NCBI RefSeq assembly: GCF_963921235.1
Contig: NC_086097.1
Span: forward strand, 77,316,001-77,380,000
Reading direction: 5' to 3'
From: Mobula hypostoma
Lineage: Eukaryota
Length of the DNA: 64,000 nt
Shown here one piece after another: positions 24,601 through 34,174 of this stretch. The notes beneath the pieces are model-generated. The model was not told the origin of the DNA. It ran no database searches and saw only the letters and a program-made list of their open reading frames with translations. Position 1 is the stretch's first letter. The number at the start of each line of letters is the position of its first letter. The position numbers were made by a program, and so were the translations under genes.

Positions 24601-25671
24601 GCAGATCGACTTGTGTGCAGTTGATAAATACCTTGAACTGTAGTTACATTTCGGCTAAGTTGTTAGGAGAGTGTAGAAGGTGGTCCATGCACCTTGGTTT
24701 TATGACGCACACAGCTGCTAGCTGTAAAAGTGAAAAATACCACTCTAATTTGATGAATACAATGTTCTCAATCCTCAAACAATAATTTCAAAATATCCTG
24801 CAGCTGTGGAATCTTAGGAATTTTAAATGTGCCTTTTCTTTGAGTAAATTATTCCCACACTTTCTGTCTGTTTAGTCCTGACAACCAGCTGTTGAAAGGA
24901 TGGGATCTGAGTGAACAATTTGTTCCCAGATTTTTGCCAGAATGCTAGCTATCTGCAGCTACCTGCCCAAGTCTCCTGCTCCAGCCATCAGCAAATCTCT
25001 TGACCGCAGGGAAGCAAAAGACATTGATCAAATGAAAATAATATGAAACTGCAGATGCTGAAAATCATAGAGACCTTATTTCAAACTTCAATCTAAGTTT
25101 GTTGACTTTAACTCAGCATAGGGAAATTCACCACTTTTTAAGCAGCAAATCCTCACTTCATAAAGAAGTCCTTGCTGGTGTTCTTCACAAATGCATGGAG
25201 CATATTTCAAGCAACTTATGATGAATTAGTTAAAAATATCAATATAAAAACCATTTTTATTTTATAACATATATCTGTGCCTCCACAGTTTTGGCCAACA
25301 AGTGAAAATATCTAGGATGAGTGCTTATTGGTAAGATCAAAAATTAATTGAAATGTATTTCTAAAATTTCAAAATATTAAAGCTGAATGTATGAGTAAAA
25401 TTAGTAATGTTTTATATGAATTCAGTTACAAAATTCACAAGAAAATCACTTGAAATATTATTTAAAACGGTTTTAATTCTAACTGGAGAGACCTTAGTCA
25501 TTTGCTATGGGTAGATGTTACTGAATAGCTAGCATGTTGCTACTATCTTGTATGAGCCTGCAGAATATATAGTACAGGAACTGGATGAAGTCATCATTTT
25601 GTTTTTGCTCTCAAAGCTTTGGAAATAACCTGAAACCCCAAATTACTATTTTATTAATTTATCAAATGAAA

Positions 25672-28230
25672 TGTCGGAGATGGTATTAAACAGGAAATTA
25701 GAAATGTATGCAATAAAGGAACAGCAGTTATAATGGGTGACTTCAATCTTCATGTAGATTGGGTGAACCAAATTGGTAAAGGTGCTGAGGAAGAGGATTT
25801 CTTGGAATGTATGCGGGATGGTTTTTTGAACCAACATGTCGAGGAACCAACTAGAGAGCAGGCTATTCTGGACTGGGTTTTGAGCAATGAGGAAGGGTTA
25901 ATTAGCAATCTTGTCGTGAGAGGCCCCTTGGGTAAGTGTGACCATAATATGGTGGAATTCTTCATTAAGGTGGAGAGTGACATAGTTAATTCAGAAACAA
26001 AGGTTCTGAACTTAAAGAGGGGTAACTTTGAAGGTATGAGACGTGAATTAGCTAAGATAGACTGGCAAATGACACTTAAAGGATTGACGTTGGATATGCA
26101 ATGGCAAGCATTTAAAGGTTGCATGGATGAACTACAACAATTGTTCATCCCAGTTTGGCAAAAGAATAAATCAAGGAAGGTAGTGCACCCGTGGCTGACA
26201 AGAGAAATTAGGGATAGTATCAATTCCAAAGAAGAAGCATACAAATTAGCCAGAGAAAGTGGCTCACCTGAGGACTGGGAGAAATTCAGAGTTCAGCAGA
26301 GGAGGACAAAGGGCTTAATTGGGAAGGGAAAAAAAGATTATGAGAGAAAACTGGCAGGGAACATAAAAACAGACTGTAAAAGCTTTTATAGATATGTAAA
26401 AAGGAAAAGACTGGTAAAGACAAATGTAGGTCCCCTGCAAACAGAAACAGGTGAATTGATTATGGGGAGCAAGGACATGGCAGACCAATTGAATAATTAC
26501 TTTGGTTCTGTCTTCACTAAGGAGGACATAAATAATCTTCCAGAAATAGTAGGGGACAGAGGGTCCAGTGAGATGGAGGAACTGAGCGAAATACATGTTA
26601 GTAGGGAAGTGGTGTTAGGTAAATTGAAGGGATTGAAGGCAGATAAATCCCCAGGGCCAGATGGTCTGCATCCCAGAGTGCTTAAGGAAGTAGCCCAAGA
26701 AATAGTGGATGCATTTGTGATAATTTTTCAAAACTCGTTAGATTCTGGACTAGTTCCTGAGGATTGGAGGGCAGCTAATGTAACTCCACTTTTTAAAAAA
26801 GGAGGGAGAGAGAAACCGGGGAATTATAGACCGGTTAGCCTAACGTCGATGGTGGGGAAACTGCTGGAGTCAGTTATCAAGGATGTGATAACAGCACATT
26901 TAGAAAGCGGTGAAATGATCGGACAAAGTCAGCATGGATTTGTGAAAGGAAAATCATGTCTGACGAATCTCATAGAATTTTTTGAGGATGTAACTAGTAG
27001 AGTGGATAGGGGAGAACCAGTGGATGTGGTATATTTGGATTTTCAAAAGGCTTTTGACAAGGTCCCACACAGGAGATTAGTGTGCAAACTTAAAGCACAC
27101 GGTATTGGGGGTAAGGTATTGGTGTGGGTGGAGAATTGGTTAGCAGACAGGAAGCAAAGAGTGGGAATAAACGGGACCTTTTCAGAATGGCAGGCGGTGA
27201 CTAGTGGGGTACCGCAAGGCTCAGTGCTGGGACCCCAGTTGTTTACAGTATATATTAATGACTCGGATGAGGGAATTGAATGCAGCATCTCCAAGTTTGC
27301 GGATGACACGAAGCTGGGTGACAGTGTTAGCTGTGAGGAGGATGCTAAGAGGATGCAGGGTGACTTGGATAGGTTGGGTGAGTGGGCAAATTCATGGCAG
27401 ATGCAATTTAATGTGGATAAATGTGAAGTTATCCACTTTGGTGGCAAAAATAGGAAAACAGATTATTATCTGAGTGGTGGCCGATTAGGAAAAGGGGAGG
27501 TGCAACGAGACCTGGGTGTCATTATACACCAGTCATTGAAAGTGGGCATGCAGGTACAGCAGGCGGTGAAAAAGGCGAATGGTATGCTGGCATTTATAGC
27601 AAGAGGATTCGAGTACAGGAGCAGGGAGGTACTACTGCAGTTGTACAAGGCCTTGGTGAAACCACACCTGGAGTATTGTGTGCAGTTTTGGTCCCGTAAT
27701 CTGAGGAAAGACATCCTTGCCATAGAGGGAGTACAAAGAAGGTTCACCAGATTGATTCCTGGGATGGCAGGACTTTCATATGAAGAAAGACTGGATGAAC
27801 TGGGCTTGTACTCGTTGGAATTTAGAAGATTGAGGGGGGATCTGATTGAAACGTATAAGATCCTAAAAGGATTGGACAGGCTAGATGCAGGAAGATTGTT
27901 CCCGATGTTGGGGAAGTCCAGAACGAGGGGCCACAGTTTGAGGATAGAGGGGAAGCCTTTTAGGACCGAGATTAGAAAAACTTCTTCACACAGAGAGTGG
28001 TGAATCTGTGGAATTCTCTGCCGCAGGAAACAGTTGAGGCCAGTTCATTGGCTATATTTAAGAGGGAGTTAGATATGGCCCTTGTGGCTACGGGGGTCAG
28101 GGGGTATGGAGGGAAGGCTGGGGCGGGGTTCTGAGTTGGAGGATCAGCCATGATCATAATAAATGGCAGTGCAGGCTCGAAGGGCTGAATGGCCTACTCC
28201 TGCACCTATTTTCTATGTTTCTATGTTTCT
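25672..28230 (+). mobile_element. Young 5'-truncated CR1 LINE
   Basis: Long ORF2, 3' UTR and (CTATGTTT)n tail; possible TSD or microhomology ATGAAA (25666-25671, 28231-28236). Confidence 0.97.
25733..28003 (+). CDS. CR1 ORF2 (C-terminal part of the APE endonuclease plus reverse transcriptase), N-truncated with a terminal frameshift
   Basis: 756 aa: MGDFN, KSPGPDG, NYRPVSLT, YLDFQKAFDKV, GVPQGSVLGP, KFADDTK. The frame shifts just before the usual NFFTQRVV. Confidence 0.93.
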   Translation: MGDFNLHVDWVNQIGKGAEEEDFLECMRDGFLNQHVEEPTREQAILDWVLSNEEGLISNLVVRGPLGKCDHNMVEFFIKVESDIVNSETKVLNLKRGNFEGMRRELAKIDWQMTLKGLTLDMQWQAFKGCMDELQQLFIPVWQKNKSRKVVHPWLTREIRDSINSKEEAYKLARESGSPEDWEKFRVQQRRTKGLIGKGKKDYERKLAGNIKTDCKSFYRYVKRKRLVKTNVGPLQTETGELIMGSKDMADQLNNYFGSVFTKEDINNLPEIVGDRGSSEMEELSEIHVSREVVLGKLKGLKADKSPGPDGLHPRVLKEVAQEIVDAFVIIFQNSLDSGLVPEDWRAANVTPLFKKGGREKPGNYRPVSLTSMVGKLLESVIKDVITAHLESGEMIGQSQHGFVKGKSCLTNLIEFFEDVTSRVDRGEPVDVVYLDFQKAFDKVPHRRLVCKLKAHGIGGKVLVWVENWLADRKQRVGINGTFSEWQAVTSGVPQGSVLGPQLFTVYINDSDEGIECSISKFADDTKLGDSVSCEEDAKRMQGDLDRLGEWANSWQMQFNVDKCEVIHFGGKNRKTDYYLSGGRLGKGEVQRDLGVIIHQSLKVGMQVQQAVKKANGMLAFIARGFEYRSREVLLQLYKALVKPHLEYCVQFWSRNLRKDILAIEGVQRRFTRLIPGMAGLSYEERLDELGLYSLEFRRLRGDLIETYKILKGLDRLDAGRLFPMLGKSRTRGHSLRIEGKPFRTEIRKTSSHREW

Positions 28231-29494
28231 ATGAAACATAATTCTTTGATTTTTATACCTGTTTATGGTTATGCACAGAAATTATTTTGCACTATGCCAA
28301 AAGTTACCTGAATTTAGCCACTGTGCAAAATAATGAAGAATAGTGTTGATCACAAATGGTAAAAGAAATGTAAACTGGGATTTTAACTGAGCTCAAGGAT
28401 ATAGTTACTGTTTGGTCTGTGACTACTTAACAGAATATTTTGATGTGCTTAAATACTTTTGCATTATTTCTCCACTAATAGTTGTCAAGGGAGAAATAAT
28501 GCAACTGAGAACATGACTGGCTTGTGCTAATTCTTTTTTTGAATATATAGAATGTGTGATATTGGTTCTTTTATTTGTTACAGCTTAATGATTTCAGAAA
28601 CTGGGCATGAAATATACTTACCTGTGAGGTCCTCCATACAGGTCAGTGTAAGCAGTGATGTGCACTTCACCCTGACACGTCATGCGAAGACAAAAAATTT
28701 CTTTCTACGTTGCCCTGTCATTTGGAGATTGCCATTCTTGGAGGAGACTACTGTAGCCACTTCCTGCCTAAAGTATCTCTTGACCCACTGGTTGGACAGA
28801 GTGTCCCTCTCGACATTATTGGTTGTTGTAGTAAGGCAGCAGTACGGAATGCTCATTTAGGAGTGGATTCCCATCTCCAGTTGCTGTACTGCAAAGTGTC
28901 AGGAGAGGAACGAGAATAAGGTGAGGTCCTGTCAGGAATTGTGTTACCTTACGACAGGTAAGGAGGTCATCGGGTCTATGCTAGCTCGCAGTATGATCTC
29001 ATTGCAGAGATGCTGCTTTAGCACACGTTTCTGGGTGTAAAATATTTTTAATGCCGTTTCAAATTGGTCTTTGGATAGTTTTGCCATTCTTTGCAAGTGA
29101 TCTGAACCCAAGTTAGCACAACATATTCATGTTTTAGCCTGCTAAAAGTAGGTGAAACATAATTTCTGAGCAATACAGCATCTTAAAGTATCTGGATTAA
29201 AGTCACAATAGTTCACCAATTCCCACAATGTTGCCTTTGATTACGTAAAGCAAAAAATGCCAATGTAAACTGGTTTCTGTGGTGGCACAAATAGGATATA
29301 TACTTGGTTAACCAATCTTTGCATCCTTTAAATTTGTTTATTGTAGCCAGTTACACATGCTGCCTTGCCAAAATATTCTTGAAAGAAATAGAATAATTTG
29401 CCTTCATAGATTACAAACAACATTTTCTTCATCCCAGTGCAGTTTATTAACAACATGTAGACAGTTGCAGAGAATAGAAAAAGGAGGGAACTGA

Positions 29495-30555
29495 GTTTCT
29501 CTCCTTTTACTATCGATGCTGCCCTCACCCACATGGCCTCCACTTCCAGTACATCTGTGCTCACCCCACCTTCCTGCCGCCTTAATAATGACAGAGTCCC
29601 TCTTGTCCTTACCTACCACCTCATCAGCCTCCACATCCAACACATTATCCTTTGCAACTTCCACCATGTCCAAAGGGATCCTACCACTAAGCATATCTTT
29701 AGCTAAAACCCCACCCCGCTTTCTGCAGGGATCGCTCCTTCCGTGATTCCCGGGTCCATTTGTCCTTCCCAGCACTTATCCCTGCAAGCAGCCAAAATGC
29801 TACACCTGCCCATGCACCTCTTCCCTTATCTTCATTCAGAGTCCCAAATGATCTTTTCAGATAATGCAACACTTCACCTGCGAATCTGCTGGGGTCATCT
29901 ATTGTGTCTGGTTCTTCTGATGCAGCCTCCTCCATATGTGAGACCCATCTTAAATTGGGGGACCACTTCGTCGAGCACCTCCCCACCAACTGCCACAATT
30001 GGGATTTCCCGGCGACTGAACATTTTAATTCTGATTCCTATTCCTGTTCTGACATGTCGATCCATGGTCTCCTCTTGTGTCACGATGAAACCACCCTCAT
30101 GGTGGAGGAGCAACACATTACATTCCATCTAGGTAGCCTCCAACCTGATGGAATGAATGTTGGCTTCTCCATCTGGTGAACAAAATTCCCCCCCGCCTCC
30201 ACTATTCCCCACTCTGACATTTCACTTCTTCTCACCTGCCTATATTACTTCCCCCGGTTCCCCTCCTCCTTCCCTTTCTCCTACTGTCCACTCTCCTTTC
30301 CTGTCAGATTCTTTCTTCTCCATCCCCTGACCTTTCCCACCTGCCTGGCTTTACATATCACCTTCCAGATAGCATGTTTTCCCTCCTCCCACCTTTTTAA
30401 TCTGGCATCTTACCCTCAATCCTGGAGAAGGCTTTCAGCCTGAAACATCGACTGTTTACTCTTTTCCATAGATGCTGCCTGACCTTCTGACTTCCTCTAG
30501 CTTTTTGTGTTAGGTGCTTTGGATTTCCAGTATTGCTGACTTTCTTGTGTTTGTG
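29495..30555 (+). mobile_element. Penelope-like element 3' part (degenerate GIY-YIG plus hammerhead at 30418-30453)
   Basis: ETHLKLGDHFVEHL...EHFNS...MSIHGLL...EEQHITFHLGSLQPDGMN, homologous to 7051-7578. Confidence 0.88.
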
Positions 30556-31129
30556 ACCTTCAACATATTTACTTTTTAATTTATTATTTGCAATATTTGT
30601 TCTCTTTTGCACATTTTTGTCAGTATTTGTAATGTACAGTTTTCATAAATTCGATTGCATTTCTTCGTTTTCCTGTAAATGGTTGCTTGGCATCATCTGT
30701 CTAGAAAGACAACGGGTGATGTCAGCATAAGGAGCTAGTCTACTGTCCTCTGTGAGTGAACACTAATACTGCCTGTGACTGCAAGGAAAGTATTTCAAAG
30801 ATAATGATACTTGTAAAGTTATAGAGTGAAGTGGGCAAAACAATTATTTTTGATTACATCCAGCCACCTTCACATGGTTGACTCAAGACTGCCATTGTGA
30901 CTGTCTGCTCTTTCTAATGGGAATGCCGATGTAATTATAGGGATTGAAATAGGGCAGAAAAAGTAATTGAAAGGTTGGGAACTCAAAGTAATTCAATGCA
31001 ACCTGTATTTGACTGATAATGTAGTCATAAAGTGTTGGAATAATGCAGGTCATTCATCCCACCACATCCACATCAACTGTTTTGTTTGTGTTACTCTGGA
31101 TTTCCAGCATCTGCAGAATCTCTTGTCTT

Positions 31130-31920
31130 TATGAACTACTATCTTGCCCTTTTCACCAATATTTGTTGGTTATCCTCATTGTTTAGACATCTGCAAAAAT
31201 TTTTAGGGTCCTCTACAGCTTTCAGTGTGAAGAGATTTCTTTTCATCTCTTTCCTGAATGGCAGATCCCTTATTCTAAGACTGTGATCCTTGGCTCTGGG
31301 CACCCCAGCTGAGGGAAACATCAAGTCTGCACCAACCTGTCAAGCCCTGTCAGAGTTTTCATAGGGTTCAACATACTCTCCTACTCATTCTTCCAAACTC
31401 TAGAGAGGACAAATCTGATTAATTCCTCCTCATATGACAAACCTGCCATCCTAGAACTTAAATATATGAACTTTGTTGTACTTCCTTTATCACAAAATAA
31501 ATCCTTCATTAGGAATGGAGTCATGACTTTTATGCAATATTTCATATAAGATCTTACCAGCACTCTTTATAATTGGAACAAGACACCTCTGGTATTCAAA
31601 TTCACTTGCAATAAAATCCAACACATTTGTCATGCTAATTGCTTGTTGCACCTGAATGCTAACTATCATTCGTGTGCATGAACAAATAGGTCTCTTTGAA
31701 CACCAACACTTTTCTACCTCTTTCCTTTTAAAAATGTTCTACCCTACTATTTTTCTTTCCCAAAATGTATAACCTCACTTGTTTCTATGTTATATTTCAT
31801 TTGATGTTCTCCTGTCATTCTTTTAACATTTCTATATTGCACTGAGGTCTCCCTACATCCACATTACTGCCTACACTGACAGCCAGTTTTGTATCATCAA
31901 CAACTTGGACAGTTTCATCC
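31130..31920 (-). mobile_element. Degenerate CR1 fragment
   Basis: ORF remnants HSLRIRDLPFRKEMKRNLF and LVRSYMKYC...MAGLSYEE. Confidence 0.75.
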
Positions 31921-32768
31921 TAATGACTGGAGGTTACTTATGGCATCTTGGAGAGAGTCAGTAGGCAGTCAGATCTGTAAATCCTACTGACTTTCTACTG
32001 CCGTGTGGGTCATTAACAGTGTGCATGTGACCATCAAGACACAAGGAAAATGCTGTTCTAAACTTTCGAAGAAATATGTTGATCTAAAGCCGAATTGTGG
32101 TGTTGTATGTTCTTAAATGACTCTGCTAATATAAGATCACAACATCATGCCCTGATGTGGGGGTGGGGGTGGGGGAGGGGTGATCTAAGCTCCTACATCA
32201 CTTTTACCAAGATTCAGATCTAGTTAAGAAACCAGCAGAATGTTCACTTCAACACACATATGCCTGAAAGTGAATGTTTGCAAAATAGTCGATTCTTTAA
32301 TTAAATTTACAACTTAACTCAAGTACAGGGAATAGAGCTTGATTCACCATCACATAGATAGTTTTAACACATACTAGGGAAGGTCAGAAATAAAATCTCA
32401 TGACTAGGTGTCTGACAAGGACTTCTGTTGAATATTTTGGAAATATGATTAACATTTGTTGAACAAATGTTAAGCAAAGATTCTACTAGAGAAGAAGCGG
32501 CACCTCGCTAACTAAAATGTTTCCCCAGGACTAATCCTGCTGCTTGTTGCTGTTTTTGTGGTCTTTGTGGACTGTTACAATTCATTGCATCTCAATGTTT
32601 TCCCAATTCTTTTCCAACATTTACAAGACACAGCCAAATTCTTTTCTTTTGGCTGTCCAAACGAAGAAACATGAGGTTATATAAGATGAATTATTGCATT
32701 TACTGCCAATTAAATTAGAATCAAGTTTTCTATGTGTGTCCTGTAGTCCAAGAAAAATTAATCCCATC

Positions 32769-33012
32769 TGTTGTGTATTTAGTATTTCAATAATATTTGA
32801 GTAATCTTGTATATGTATTGTCTGATTAATCATTCTTGTTTAATCAATTAATTACAGCTTATATGTAAAAATACATTAATTGCATATGTCATCATGTTAC
32901 CACGTGATACGTGTGTACCTCGCTTAAAGTAAGACAGAATTACACGTGCATTCCTGGACTGCCATGTCTTTCTTTGAATCCGTTCAATGTTTTGAAGTTA
33001 TAAAACATAACA
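32769..33012 (+). mobile_element. Solo LTR of the same family as the 34175-34424 LTR
   Basis: TGTT...AACA termini; aligns by eye with the reverse complement of 34175-34424 (CATTCTTGTTTA, TTATATGTAAAA, ACCACGTGATA, CTTAAAGTAA, TTATAAAACATAACA). No clear TSD. Confidence 0.75.
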
Positions 33013-33499
33013 TAGTTCAGTATACCAGATCTATGTGCTGAATGAGATCAGTTGTGTATCCTCAGTGATGGCTGTGAACTTGGCAATTAGTCTTGTCACC
33101 ACAGACACCTAAAAATTCAGTGACCCCTTCCTTTTAATTGATGGCATGGTATCTGACGGAACACACACAAAGAAATGGCTCTTTGCTATGTACAGAATTT
33201 GCTGCAAATTATTCAGCCAGTCAGACAGCACCTGATGACCTTTGATTTGGTTTATGGTTAAAGCTCCTGACTTAATTTTATTCATCAAAAAATAAAACAA
33301 TTACAGAATCAATCTCTTTTTGATGACCAGTCTACCAGGTTCAAAGGATTTAAGTGAAGAGGCACTAGTGATGTTGGTCTTAGAAGGACTGAACTGATAA
33401 AGGCAATCAAGGAAGGCAAGAGTGGGTTGAGTGAGGGTACGTCCTTCTCATCTTCACTGGAAAATGAGTTAACCTCAGAATGATGTCAAATTGTTATTT

Positions 33500-34174
33500 A
33501 TTGTTATTTAGAGATACAGCACAGTAACAAACCTTCTGGCTCAATCAATCCATGCCACACATATGATTAATTAACCATCTAACCTGTACGTATTTGGAAA
33601 GTGGGAGGAAACCAGAGCACCCGGAGGGAACCAGAGCACCTGGAGGGAACCAGAGCACCCAGAGGAAACCAGAGCACCTAGAGGAAACTGGAGCACATGG
33701 AGGAAACCAGAGCACCCAGAGGAAACCAGAGCACCTGGAGGGAACCAGAGCACCCAGAGAAAACCAGAGCACCTGGAGGGAACCAGAGCACCCAGAGGAA
33801 ACCAGAGCACCTGGAGGGAATCAGAACACCCAGAGGAAACCAGAGCACCTAGAGGAAACTGGAGCACCTGGAGGGAACCAGAGCACCCAGAGGAAACCAG
33901 AGCACCTGGAGGGAACCAGAGCACCCAGAGGAAACCAGAGCACCTGGAGGGAACCAGAGCACCCAGAGGAAACCAGAGCACCTGGAGGGAACCAGAGCAC
34001 CCAGAGGAAACCAGAGCACCTGGAGGGAACCAGAGCACCCAGAGGAAACCAGAGCACCTAGAGGAAACTGGAGCACATGGAGGAAATTAAAGCATCCAGA
34101 AGAAACCTACACAGTGACAGGGAGAAAGTACAAATTTCTTACAGATAGTGACAGAATTGAACCCAGGTCTTTGG
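33500..34174 (-). mobile_element. SINE (HE1/V-SINE-like) carrying an expanded minisatellite; its 5' head is cut by an LTR
   Basis: CR1-like tail near 33510-33545, GTGGGAGGAAACC core, and a B-box-like GAATTGAACCC at 34154-34164 abutting the LTR. Confidence 0.75.
33603..34087. repeat. 19-bp minisatellite, about 25 units
   Basis: Mostly alternating units CCAGAGGAAACCAGAGCAC and CTGGAGGGAACCAGAGCAC. Confidence 0.95.

Noticed and set aside
25750..27747. Antisense ORFs over CR1
   Set aside because: Shadow frames of ORF2; the same applies to the antisense ORFs over the other LINE and Gypsy copies.
33545..34087. Repeat array as a CRISPR array or repetitive protein gene
   Set aside because: The units are contiguous with no unique spacers and no cas genes, in a eukaryotic context. 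The ORFs arise from a stop-free 19-bp unit inside a SINE.
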